From positions 160,001 through 224,000 of the forward strand of contig JBPOFY010000004.1 in assembly GCA_051252375.1 (NCBI GenBank): a stretch of DNA of 64,000 nucleotides, in the 5' to 3' direction. The notes beneath the pieces were generated by a model. The model was not told where the DNA came from. It made no database searches and saw only the letters and a program-made list of their open reading frames with translations. The translations under genes and the position numbers were made by a program. Every line of letters begins with the position of its first letter. Within the stretch, counting starts at the first letter, position 1. This document shows, one piece after another, positions 11,174 through 20,744 of this stretch. Origin of the DNA: Opitutaceae bacterium (GTDB lineage Bacteria > Verrucomicrobiota > Verrucomicrobiia > Opitutales > Coraliomargaritaceae).

Positions 11174-11192
11174 TCATTTCCCCCATTCAGTT

Positions 11193-12554
11193 ATGAAAAA
11201 GACACTAAATATTTTGCTCTGTATCGCAGCCTTAAGCTCGGCGACATTCGCGCAGGCACCTCTCGGAAACCCCGCTGCCAGCATGTGGAACGATGCCGAG
11301 TTCGTGAAATCATTCACGGCCAGCTACGGCGTGCTCGCTGGTTACGAACCGGAGATCTCCGATACTGAAAAGGATGCACTGCGTGGTCTACTCAACATCA
11401 TTAAGAGCAATCCAGCCAACGCCATTCAGCAGCTAGAACCTCAAATTAAAAGCAGCAGTAGTGCCGCTTTCGATTTCATTCTCGCCAATCTTTACTTTCA
11501 ACAAAACAACCTTAGCAATGCGGAGAAATATTACCGTAATGCCATCCGCAAGTATCCCAACTTCCGCCGCGCGCACAAAAATCTTGGTCTGGTGCTGGTG
11601 CAGGCAAACAAGTTTGCAGGGGCGGCGGAAAGTCTCTCTAAAGCGCTCGAGTTGGGTGATGTCGATGGTCGTGCCTATGGATTAATCGGTTACTGTTATC
11701 TAACCGAGAAATTATACTATCCGTCCGAAGCCGCTTACCGAGTTGCCATTCTCATGCAACCAAAGGTGCGTGACTGGCAACTCGGGCTAGCCCGATGCCT
11801 CATCGAAACTGAGAAGCACCAAGAAGCCATCTCACTCTTCGACAGCCTGCTCAAGCAAGAGCCTGACAATGCCGACCTCTGGCTGCTACAAGCCAACGCC
11901 TACATCGGAATAAATAAGACCCTTGCTGCTGCACAGAACTTTGAGCTGGTCCGCCGCATGGGCAAAGCAAGCATTCCGATGCTGTCCATGCTCGGCGATA
12001 TTTACGTGAACAACGCAATGCCGGGGTTGGCTTTAAGTGCCTATCTCGAAGCCATCCAAAAGGCAGAAGGCCAGAATCCTCCCGCCATCATACGCGCCGC
12101 GAAAATCTTCGTGCAAAGCGGTAGCTACGAAGAAGCCCAGAAATTGATCACTAGCATCCGCAGCACAGTCGCCAAGTTAAAGCTCGAAGACGACCTCATA
12201 CTACTGACACTTGAAGCCCGTATTGCGCGTGCCAAAGGAGAGAATGAGCGCGCATTGCAACTCCTCACTCAAATTGTGGAGCGTGATGCACTCAATGGCG
12301 ATGCACTGATCGAGCTCGGCAATTACTATGCCTCTCAAAATGATATGGCCCGTGCCGTTAATCGTTTCGAACAAGCTCAATTGATCGAGCAATTCGAACG
12401 TCCCGCTCTGGTCGCACATGCACAGACACTCGTCCGGAACGGCAACTACAAGGCCGCACTTCCCTTACTTCGCAGAGCGCTTGAACTAAAGTCCGACAGC
12501 TATCTGGAAGATTACACCCAACGCGTCGAACAAGTGGCTCGTAGTCAAAGCTGA
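11193..12554 (+). CDS. Periplasmic tetratricopeptide-repeat protein
   Basis: Signal peptide (ATFA/Q). TPR-like repeats such as AEKYYRNAIRKYPNFRRAHKNLG. Confidence 0.85.
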   Translation: MKKTLNILLCIAALSSATFAQAPLGNPAASMWNDAEFVKSFTASYGVLAGYEPEISDTEKDALRGLLNIIKSNPANAIQQLEPQIKSSSSAAFDFILANLYFQQNNLSNAEKYYRNAIRKYPNFRRAHKNLGLVLVQANKFAGAAESLSKALELGDVDGRAYGLIGYCYLTEKLYYPSEAAYRVAILMQPKVRDWQLGLARCLIETEKHQEAISLFDSLLKQEPDNADLWLLQANAYIGINKTLAAAQNFELVRRMGKASIPMLSMLGDIYVNNAMPGLALSAYLEAIQKAEGQNPPAIIRAAKIFVQSGSYEEAQKLITSIRSTVAKLKLEDDLILLTLEARIARAKGENERALQLLTQIVERDALNGDALIELGNYYASQNDMARAVNRFEQAQLIEQFERPALVAHAQTLVRNGNYKAALPLLRRALELKSDSYLEDYTQRVEQVARSQS

Positions 12555-12561
12555 GTAAAGA

Positions 12562-15528
12562 CTACTCCTCTTCAATAATGTAGAAGCGCTTCCCGGCACT
12601 CGGCATTGGCAGCGTGGTCGAGTTATTAGGAGGTGTCGGACCGATTCCCGACTCAAGGATCGGCCACTCGCGCATCGGCACGGTTAAGTCATCCGTTTCG
12701 CGAATACGATACTTCGCACCGACGACACTATTCCAATCAAACTCAATCATGCCGCCCGGAGTAATACTCAACGAAGCACGTATATCTGGGATACGATAAA
12801 AACTGGCAGCGGGGACCGCTTGCTTTGCGATGCTTGGTCCTGCCCAGCTTAAGCTCAAAGCATGCGATGGACGCGTGCCATGACGGTAATACACACGAAA
12901 AGGATGCAACCCTGCAGCCAGTTGGACGTTTCCCGACTGCTCCAGACCAGTGTGATGATAATCATCATCGATCACATGCGCATCATGCAGGAAGAGATTC
13001 GCGCCGCTGTCGGACTGAAGATAAAATGTGTAATTCCCAGCGGTCGCGACGTCCAGATAGCCAGTATACAAAATACCAATGTAGTCATCCCGAGAACGCG
13101 CCGACAGATCGATGTCAGTCGTGTTGCCAGCAACCACAGGACTCAAATCCCGAAACTCAGGGACGTAGGACCACAGCCCTTCGTAGCAGAAATAATCGAG
13201 CCCAGCCTCCAAGCCACGAACCTCGTCGTCGATGGCAGCAGTATCGTAGGGGCGCGATGCGCTTCCCTCCGAGCGACGACTACTTAAAGCGACCCCCTTC
13301 ATTTCCGTCTGCAGGTCAGTCATGGACGCGGCGAGATCAGTGCCCTGCGCGGGATCAGTCACCACATTATAGATTTCAAAGTTTTCCGTTTCGCTGGCAA
13401 CATCGCGGCGGATGCCCATGAAATCGCCGATGCGAACACACTGCATCTGCCCTCGGTATTCTCCGCCATGATTTGGAAATTCCGTCCAGTTCGATGTGCT
13501 ACCATTATAGTAATACTCAAAATAGAGGTAACCTTTATCGCGCTGCACACCTTGCTCCGCAAGTGTCGGCACTAAGGACACCCCGTCGCACCAAGCCGGC
13601 GCTGGGACATTCGCAATCTCAGCAAAAGTCGGCATCCAATCCCATATTGCACTCGGATAGTCGATCTCGTGGATGTTGTTTTCATTGTTAGTCGCACTGG
13701 GGATCATCCCATTCCACTGCACGACGGTAGGCACGCGTATGCCTCCCTCGATCATGTCACGCTTCGTGCCTTCCAAGTTAGCAAACGACTCGAATGTGCG
13801 CGGGTTGTTCCCCTCGTTGTGCGGACCGTTGTCCGATGAGAAAATAACGAGGGTATTATCATCAATACCCAAATCGACGAGCAGCTGCCGAATGTCGCCG
13901 ACTGAGTTATCAATACGACGAATCATCCCTACGTGCTGTTGCGCCGAAGTGGCCCAACTCAAGTTGTTGTCTGGGTGGTTATAAGCGTCGATCGTCCCGG
14001 TGCCGTCAGCCGTCGAGGCGTAACGAACATTACTCAACCCATCGGTGGCTGTCGTCCACTGAATGCCCCCAGTCAGACCGCCACCTGCTGGATAAGCCAC
14101 TGCGGGGCGCTGCATTTTGAAGTGCGGAGTGTCGTAGGCGACATAAACAAAGAAGGGCTGATTGTCTCCATCCTGCACCTCCTCGATAATCGCATTTTTA
14201 GCATAAGCCGTCCAAGCGTCGGTAGTGTAAAGATCGACGGAAGCATCCGTTATTTGTTGATACCCATGATATATGTGAGCGGTTTTATCACTCGTGCCAT
14301 TGCGGGGATAATGCTCATGGCCGTCGCCATGAAAGAGGTAGCCGAAGAACTCATCGAATCCTCGATCGAGTGGATGGGCGCCAAGGTTTTGCGAGCCTGT
14401 TCCCGTCAGAGTTGTGCTACCTTCTCCGCCGGCGATACCGCTCTTGCCGACATGAACCGTCCGATATCCAGCACGCTGAAGCATGTCTGCAATCGTATGA
14501 TTATCAACCAACGCTCTATCAAAAGAGTTATTACGAACGTCGGCGTGCCCTTGGTGACGACCTTGTATTAACGAAGCACGGGACGGCGCACAAACAGGAG
14601 CCGACACATAGTGATGCGTTAACTTCGCACCTGCTGCAGCCATCGTGTCGATGTTCGGCGTATCAAACTTATTCGTGCCCGACAACTGATCCTGCCAGAA
14701 GCAACCGAGGTCACCATAACCGAGATCGTCGACAAAGAAGAAAACAATATTAGGGCGGACGAGGTATTCGCCCGGGTTATTTGGATCCAGCCCCTCGGCG
14801 ACCTCCATCCCGTCCGGAGTGCCATCTCCATCCGTATCGAGCTTCAAAGGATCGGTGCTGTAAACATTTAGTTCGTCATCATAGGAGAGCCCATCCTTAT
14901 CGGGATCCGAGTATGGGAAATTCGCCTGAAGCGACAAAGCATCCAAGCCGGTATTGTTGCCAAAGTTTGTCACACCGTCGACATAGAGCTTCAGGGTCCA
15001 CGTCTCGGCATCCGTCAGCACGACGGCACTTGAAAAGTTCAGTTCTAAAATACCAGAACTCGCATTCGGTGTCGATTGGGTGACCGAAGCGACCTGCCCA
15101 GAAACACTTCCAGTTACGGTAGCCGTCCATTCTGCGACTCGAAGCGCGCCTTGTGTCCCTCCGGTGCCATTAAAGTGCTGCCAGTCGAGCTCAACAGATT
15201 CCAGTGCCACACTATCCACAGTTAAAACCAGCGGGATGGAGACGCTCCACGGGCCTACAGTTTCTATATTCTTTTCCACCGCAAAGTGGTCGTCTGCAGC
15301 CGTGGTCGTAAATAACCCAGTCAGCGCGCCCGGAGTCTCATTGATCACTGTCAAATCACCTGGGTCCTGCACACCATTCATCGACCAAGTAATATTACTC
15401 GCGGTAGCCCCAGAGATCGTGCGCCCAGCGAAATCCGTGCTCAGCAGGACATCCGCAGTTAAACAGGTAGCAGACAGCAAGAATACGAGAGATAAGCCGC
15501 AAGCAGCTTTAATTGGGGTAGTAGGCAT
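12562..15528 (-). CDS. Secreted S1-family sulfatase with N-terminal beta domain, DxDxDG repeats, PA14 domain and C-terminal FY-motif domain
   Basis: RPNIVFFFVDDLGYGD, CAPSR (CxPxR), SSDNGP. PA14-like YTFYLQSDSG...GLHPFRVYY. Start taken at MPTTP (15528). Confidence 0.9.
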   Translation of the reverse strand: MPTTPIKAACGLSLVFLLSATCLTADVLLSTDFAGRTISGATASNITWSMNGVQDPGDLTVINETPGALTGLFTTTAADDHFAVEKNIETVGPWSVSIPLVLTVDSVALESVELDWQHFNGTGGTQGALRVAEWTATVTGSVSGQVASVTQSTPNASSGILELNFSSAVVLTDAETWTLKLYVDGVTNFGNNTGLDALSLQANFPYSDPDKDGLSYDDELNVYSTDPLKLDTDGDGTPDGMEVAEGLDPNNPGEYLVRPNIVFFFVDDLGYGDLGCFWQDQLSGTNKFDTPNIDTMAAAGAKLTHHYVSAPVCAPSRASLIQGRHQGHADVRNNSFDRALVDNHTIADMLQRAGYRTVHVGKSGIAGGEGSTTLTGTGSQNLGAHPLDRGFDEFFGYLFHGDGHEHYPRNGTSDKTAHIYHGYQQITDASVDLYTTDAWTAYAKNAIIEEVQDGDNQPFFVYVAYDTPHFKMQRPAVAYPAGGGLTGGIQWTTATDGLSNVRYASTADGTGTIDAYNHPDNNLSWATSAQQHVGMIRRIDNSVGDIRQLLVDLGIDDNTLVIFSSDNGPHNEGNNPRTFESFANLEGTKRDMIEGGIRVPTVVQWNGMIPSATNNENNIHEIDYPSAIWDWMPTFAEIANVPAPAWCDGVSLVPTLAEQGVQRDKGYLYFEYYYNGSTSNWTEFPNHGGEYRGQMQCVRIGDFMGIRRDVASETENFEIYNVVTDPAQGTDLAASMTDLQTEMKGVALSSRRSEGSASRPYDTAAIDDEVRGLEAGLDYFCYEGLWSYVPEFRDLSPVVAGNTTDIDLSARSRDDYIGILYTGYLDVATAGNYTFYLQSDSGANLFLHDAHVIDDDYHHTGLEQSGNVQLAAGLHPFRVYYRHGTRPSHALSLSWAGPSIAKQAVPAASFYRIPDIRASLSITPGGMIEFDWNSVVGAKYRIRETDDLTVPMREWPILESGIGPTPPNNSTTLPMPSAGKRFYIIEEE

Positions 15529-15623
15529 TAGTATTAGAAACAACCGGCGCAGCTCATTCTTTACGGAACCGACCAATTCAAGAGCACATATCAGTCACTG
15601 TAGCGAACTGCCGCCCCAGCGAC

Positions 15624-15653
15624 AAAAAAAACCTCTCCGTTTCCGAAGAGGTT
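15624..15653 (-). terminator. Intrinsic terminator-like hairpin after the tRNA relic
   Basis: Minus strand AACCTCTTCG-GAAA-CGGAGAGGTT followed by a T run. Confidence 0.65.
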
Positions 15654-15658
15654 AATTT

Positions 15659-15802
15659 TGGTCGGGGCGACCCGCCGTCGCTCTTCGAGCTATGGCGAGA
15701 CAGGCAGGATTGCTTCGCCATCTCGCTGCGCTCGTCGAACCCGAGGTGCGGCTGCGCCGCATCGCCGCTGCGCGGCTCCCTTCGAATCCCTCTGCCCCGA
15801 CA
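15659..15802. repeat. tRNA-Pro 3'-end relics (one direct, one inverted) interrupted by short palindromes
   Basis: TGGTCGGGGCGAC at 15659-15671 is identical to 15840-15852. TTCGAATCCCTCTGCCCCGACA at 15781-15802 resembles the tRNA T-arm and acceptor in the opposite orientation. Confidence 0.7.
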
Positions 15803-15803
15803 C

Positions 15804-15832
15804 AAAAAAACCTTCGCTTGCGCGAAGGTTTT
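15804..15832 (-). terminator. Intrinsic terminator of tRNA-Pro
   Basis: AAAACCTTCGC-TTGC-GCGAAGGTTTT with a flanking A run. Confidence 0.8.
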
Positions 15833-15839
15833 ATTTTGG

Positions 15840-15917
15840 TGGTCGGGGCGACAGGATTCGAACCTGCGACCCTCTGCTCCCAAAGCAGATGCGCTAGCCA
15901 GGCTGCGCCACGCCCCG
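15840..15917 (-). tRNA. tRNA-Pro (TGG)
   Basis: CGGGGCGTGGCGCAGCCTGGCTAGCGCATCTGCTTTGGGAGCAGAGGGTCGCAGGTTCGAATCCTGTCGCCCCGACCA. Anticodon TGG, encoded CCA. Confidence 0.97.
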
Positions 15918-16050
15918 ATACCAAAAGAAGCGCGTATAGGATCATAAATTCATGCACTGTCAACGCTGTTCCTTGCGTTTTTTTCACCAAAATAGCTTGG
16001 CGCTTTTTACACGGTCTCACAAGCTGGCTGAATTCATGTGGCATCCACCA

Positions 16051-18891
16051 ATGAGAGCATACTTAAAGCATTCCGTCCGAAAGGTCGGGTTCACGCTTTT
16101 AGTTCTCACCAGTGCCCTCACCGGACAAGCATCCACACTGCAAGAGCAACTGGATCAAGCAGTTAAAGACTTTGGCGAGGGCCATTACGCTGCCACCTAC
16201 TGGCAATTGGAGAATATGGAGCTCGATTTCGGTCAAGAGCCGGAATTCCTGAATCGTGCCTTCCAGAGCTCCCTTCTGCCCGTCCGGGCCTTTGCGGCCT
16301 TAATGGCGGACCGCCCCACGGACGCCCTGATCTATTTCAGCGAGCTATTGAGCCAATACAACCCACGCCCCGGCGTGCGGGCCTTTGCCCTCTATAATGC
16401 CGCCATCGCCCAATCACAAACCGGATCGCTCGCGGCGGCGGCTCAGACATTCCACGTTTTTCAACAATCCTTCCCGAACTCCAACGAGGCATCGCTGGCC
16501 CTCCTCCAGGAAGCAGACCTGCTCGCCGAAATAGGCGACCACGCTGAAGCGGCGGATCTACTGCAAAACTTCTACCTTTCCAAAGCACCGCTCACTCTCA
16601 GAATGCAGGCCCGCCTGCGAGCACTCCAGCTGGCGGGCGACACCGGCAATTCTGAACAGGCGCAGAGCATTCTATTTGATACCGACTGGAACATCGACGC
16701 CATGCCCGATATCGCGGTGCTCAGCTTCGCCGCGCTGGATGCCGGTGACTTGCTACTCAATGAAGGACTCTATGCCGAAGCCATCCGCGCCTATCGGCTC
16801 ACCCTGCCCCGCGACATTTTAATCAAGAAACAACGCGAACTCCTCATCAAAACCGAGCAAGCACTGGTTCAACAATCTCCACTGGCTTCCAGCATATGGA
16901 AGAGCCACTCGCAGCAACTCGTTGCCCGCTTAAAACGTCAACTGGAACACCTTGAAGGAATGGAGGACTACACCCCGGGGCTCTACCTGCGATCGGGCCA
17001 AGCCTACCTCCTGCAAAAACGCTACCGCGAAGCCACCATTCTTTTCCGCTTGGTTGCGAAAGATCCGAAATTTGAAAAAGACATACGAGCCGAAGCCCAC
17101 TACCGCTGGATACTCGCACTATCCGAAGCTGAAAAGTGGAGCGAAGCCCGCGACACCGCCCACGCCTTTGTGCGTGAGCACCCCGCGCACACCCTCGCCA
17201 ATAGTGCGCTGTTCCTCATTGCTCGCGCCTACCAGAGCGAAGGCGAATACTCCAAAGCCATCGGCGTACTCGATCAATTAATCGATAACTTCCCCGACGA
17301 CAAACAAGCCCCGCGCTGGTATTTCACTCGTGGCTACAATTACAGCGCACTGGAGCGCTACGACGAAGCACGCGAAAGCTTTGAAACTTCGATCAAGCGT
17401 TTTCCGAAAAGCAGCCTACTCAAACAAACCGAACTCTGGAACGCACTCAGCTATTTCTACCAGCGCGACTACCCCACTAGTCTCGAAAAACTAAACACAC
17501 TCAAAAAGAAAACCGGTAAACATCCCCTCAACCCCGAAATACATTTTCGTATCGCCAACGTGCAATATGCCCAACGCGATTACAAAGCTGCCCTCAAAAC
17601 AGCCGATACTCTAATCAAGAAATTTCCCGACCACCATCGCGTGGCCGAAGCCCAAGCCCTACGCGGCGACATCTACATGGGACTCGGCGAGCTCCCCACC
17701 GCCGCGCACGCATTTAAACAAGTCCCACCCGACGACGCCTCGATCTACGACTACTCGGTCTTTCAAGCCGCCAAGATCTACAAAGCGCTCGAACGCTACG
17801 ACCTCCTACGCGAACACCTACAAGCCTACATCGACCTCGATGATGCCGCCGAACGCCCACGCGTCAGCGAAGCGCTCTATCTGATCGGTTGGTCACTCCA
17901 GCAGGAAGACCTCACCGACGAGGCATTCGAACTCTTTGAAAATGCACTCGCCCGCTTTGGCAACGACCCTCAAGCCCGAGCCGTCGGCTCCATCCTGTCC
18001 GCCTATAGCGATCTGTTTAAACGTAGCCGCCAAGCCAACCCCACAAACATCAACTTCGACACTTGGCTCCAAGAGACGAAAGAGAAAAGTCTCGCCGAAA
18101 AACAACTCACTTGGTTTGCCCGCCTCACACTTTTCAGCTCGCAAACTAAACGCCGTAAAGTCGACGAGACCAGCGCCGAAGCCACCCTCCTCTCCATCCA
18201 TCGCTTCGTCCCGATCGAACTGCAAGACCCCGAAACGCTCGCCAGCGTCGGCATCGCCCTCGCCAATCGCGATTACGAATCGGCCGACGATTACTTCGAG
18301 CAAATCCTAACCGAGTATCCCAAACGCTACGAACGTGCCGCCGCCTATTACGGCAAAGCCCTGCTAGCCTCTAAAAACGATCGCCTGATCGAAGCTCGCA
18401 AATGGCTCATTCGTTTCCTCGAAGAAACCCCTACGCATCCACTCGCGCCGAACGCGCGCCTACTCGCCGCGGACATGCTCACCACCCAAGGTCTCTACGA
18501 ACAAGCCGCCGACGCGCTCAACGAAATTTTACAGATCAAAGAAATGCGCGGACGCCCGCATGCCCAAGCCCTTGCCGGACTTGCACGTATTGAAACCGAA
18601 AAGGAGAACCCCAAGCGAGCTCTCCCCTACTGGCAACGTATCTACACACTTTACCGAGCATACCCAGACCTCATCGCCACCGCTTACTGGGAAAGCGCCC
18701 AGCTCTTCGCCCAGATCGAAGACGCCATCGCCGCCCGCAACACCATCGAAGAAATGCTCCGCGACGAACGCCTCCGCACCAACCCGCTCTACCAAAAAGC
18801 CGAAGCCATCCTCCCCGAATATCAGAAAGCCGCCGAAGCTCAAAGTGCATTAGCCACAGTCACCACCGAAACAGAGGAGGTGGCGCCATGA
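16051..18891 (+). CDS. Large secreted tetratricopeptide-repeat protein
   Basis: Start taken at MRAYLK (16051). Signal peptide and many TPR repeats, e.g. ALFLIARAYQSEGEYSKAIGVLDQLIDNFP. Confidence 0.85.
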   Translation: MRAYLKHSVRKVGFTLLVLTSALTGQASTLQEQLDQAVKDFGEGHYAATYWQLENMELDFGQEPEFLNRAFQSSLLPVRAFAALMADRPTDALIYFSELLSQYNPRPGVRAFALYNAAIAQSQTGSLAAAAQTFHVFQQSFPNSNEASLALLQEADLLAEIGDHAEAADLLQNFYLSKAPLTLRMQARLRALQLAGDTGNSEQAQSILFDTDWNIDAMPDIAVLSFAALDAGDLLLNEGLYAEAIRAYRLTLPRDILIKKQRELLIKTEQALVQQSPLASSIWKSHSQQLVARLKRQLEHLEGMEDYTPGLYLRSGQAYLLQKRYREATILFRLVAKDPKFEKDIRAEAHYRWILALSEAEKWSEARDTAHAFVREHPAHTLANSALFLIARAYQSEGEYSKAIGVLDQLIDNFPDDKQAPRWYFTRGYNYSALERYDEARESFETSIKRFPKSSLLKQTELWNALSYFYQRDYPTSLEKLNTLKKKTGKHPLNPEIHFRIANVQYAQRDYKAALKTADTLIKKFPDHHRVAEAQALRGDIYMGLGELPTAAHAFKQVPPDDASIYDYSVFQAAKIYKALERYDLLREHLQAYIDLDDAAERPRVSEALYLIGWSLQQEDLTDEAFELFENALARFGNDPQARAVGSILSAYSDLFKRSRQANPTNINFDTWLQETKEKSLAEKQLTWFARLTLFSSQTKRRKVDETSAEATLLSIHRFVPIELQDPETLASVGIALANRDYESADDYFEQILTEYPKRYERAAAYYGKALLASKNDRLIEARKWLIRFLEETPTHPLAPNARLLAADMLTTQGLYEQAADALNEILQIKEMRGRPHAQALAGLARIETEKENPKRALPYWQRIYTLYRAYPDLIATAYWESAQLFAQIEDAIAARNTIEEMLRDERLRTNPLYQKAEAILPEYQKAAEAQSALATVTTETEEVAP

Positions 18892-19904
18892 TCAAGTTGA
18901 CTTCATTCTGGAGGGCAATGCTCCGTCATTGCCGCAACCGAGCCTACCGCACGGCAATGACGGAGCATTGCCCTCCAATCAAACGGTGGTTTCGACGAAA
19001 CCACCCTACCTCATTTTCACTCTGCGTAGCACTCTCATTTTCACTTCCACTTTCACTCTGCACAGCTAGCGCAGGTCTCAGCCCGACAGAGCACGAAACG
19101 ATCTATCGCGAGTTACAAGAACCGATCTTGGTGCAGCTCACCAACAAGCGCACCATCCCGGGGCACTCGATCGAGGTATCCGAAAAACAAATACAAATTG
19201 CCACCTCCGAAGGCGCGGGAGAAATCATCTACACTTTCAATCTGGATGAGATCAAAGGCTTCAGTATTCCAGGAGAAAGCTACAAGACCGTGATCGTAGA
19301 ATGGATCGAAACCGGCGAAACCGAAAAGGCCATCGCCCTGCTCGATCTGCTCTACCAGCAACGAGTCCACCTCATCCCACTCCTCCCTGCCAGCGAATCG
19401 CATTTCTTCATCTACTACGTCGAACTGATACTAGCCTCCAACAACCCAGCCCGCGCAATTGCGATAACAGAAATCCTGCGACCACAAATCGACAACCCCG
19501 CCGCGCTCCGCGCACTCGACGACGCCATTCTCACCAGTTACAACAACCTTGAACTCTACAATAAAGCACGCCCGCTCGCTGAAAAGTGGCTGGCAGAACG
19601 CGACCCTTACGGCGACTCCGCGCTCGGCTATTATGTGCTCGGCACCGACAAGCTTCGCGCCGAAGCCTACGACGAAGCCTTAGAGCTCGCGCTACAGCCA
19701 ATCATCTTTGCTTCCCCCATCGCAACCGACAAACTCGGTCACTGTTACGCCGTTGCAATCAGCGCCGCTCTGGGATTGCGTGAACAAGATTATGCCGTCA
19801 CTCTCTATCGAGAAATGCTGCAACGCGAACTCACTTGGCCCATAGAAGACCGCACCCTCGAACCTTTTCATACAACCATCCTTAAAGAAATCGAAGACGC
19901 ATGA
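18888..19904 (+). CDS. Hypothetical exported protein with TPR-like C-terminus; N-terminus carries an in-frame REP palindrome
   Basis: Overlaps both neighbours by 4 nt (ATGA coupling). A hydrophobic signal-like stretch follows the repeat. Confidence 0.7.
   Translation: MIKLTSFWRAMLRHCRNRAYRTAMTEHCPPIKRWFRRNHPTSFSLCVALSFSLPLSLCTASAGLSPTEHETIYRELQEPILVQLTNKRTIPGHSIEVSEKQIQIATSEGAGEIIYTFNLDEIKGFSIPGESYKTVIVEWIETGETEKAIALLDLLYQQRVHLIPLLPASESHFFIYYVELILASNNPARAIAITEILRPQIDNPAALRALDDAILTSYNNLELYNKARPLAEKWLAERDPYGDSALGYYVLGTDKLRAEAYDEALELALQPIIFASPIATDKLGHCYAVAISAALGLREQDYAVTLYREMLQRELTWPIEDRTLEPFHTTILKEIEDA
18909..18977. repeat. GGAG-family REPIN-like inverted repeat (26-bp perfect arms)
   Basis: TGGAGGGCAATGCTCCGTCATTGCCG, 17-nt spacer, then the exact reverse complement. 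Confidence 0.9.
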
Positions 19905-20611
19905 AGATATTTTCAACGATCACATGGTGGCTCCTACTCACCGCACCGACATTGCTAATCGCTCAAGAAAAAACTGCCGAAGCCACAAGCGAAAGCACCC
20001 TCAGTCTCTGGGGACTCATTCAACAAGGCGGCTGGGCAATGTATCCACTCGGTGCATGCTCGCTCATCATGTTCTTCCTCATTTTCTACGCCGGCAAAGA
20101 AACCAGCCGAAAGAAATTCTTTAACGCCAGCCAAACTGTGACCGCCACCGACGCCATCACGAACGGCGATTTCGACAAAGCCCACAGCGAGCTCTCTAAT
20201 AGCAACACACTACTCGGCCGCGCCCTCGCGCCCGCCATACTTAAGCTCAAGACCAGTCACGACAAAGCCGAAACACTCTTTGTCGAAAACATGGAGGCCG
20301 AAGAAAACAGCGTCAGCCAATGGGTCACCTATCTGAACGTCGTCGCATCCGTGGCGCCGATGATCGGTCTACTCGGCACAGTCAGTGGCATGATCAGTGC
20401 CTTCCAAACCATTGGTCGCGGCGGCATGGGACGCCCCGAACTACTCGCCGGTGATATCGGCGAAGCATTGATCACCACCGCGACAGGTCTGACCATCGGC
20501 ATCCCCGCGATGATCGCATATTTCATTCTCCGCAATCGCCTCAACAGCGCCATGATCGCCACCGCACAAGCAGGCACCGAGATCATTGAAGCCGGCAGTG
20601 ATGACAACTGA
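19901..20611 (+). CDS. MotA/TolQ/ExbB proton channel protein
   Basis: GGWAMYPL, APMIGLLGTVSGMI, DIGEALITTATGL. Confidence 0.9.
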   Translation: MKIFSTITWWLLLTAPTLLIAQEKTAEATSESTLSLWGLIQQGGWAMYPLGACSLIMFFLIFYAGKETSRKKFFNASQTVTATDAITNGDFDKAHSELSNSNTLLGRALAPAILKLKTSHDKAETLFVENMEAEENSVSQWVTYLNVVASVAPMIGLLGTVSGMISAFQTIGRGGMGRPELLAGDIGEALITTATGLTIGIPAMIAYFILRNRLNSAMIATAQAGTEIIEAGSDDN

Positions 20612-20720
20612 TTCGACTACAAAAGACACTAATTGCGCGAAACGACTCTGACGCAAAAGGTCTCACACCGAGGCACAGAGTCACGGAGAGGCTCTGATGT
20701 ATGAGACGACTTTCGGGGAA

Positions 20721-20744
20721 CACGTCACAGAGTGACGTGGCTAC
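20721..20744 (-). repeat. GTAG-family REP-like unit
   Basis: Minus strand GTAGCCACGTCAC-TCT-GTGACGTG. Confidence 0.6.

Noticed and set aside
15578..16054. Short ORFs across the tRNA-Pro region
   Set aside because: Shadow ORFs over the tRNA and its repeats.
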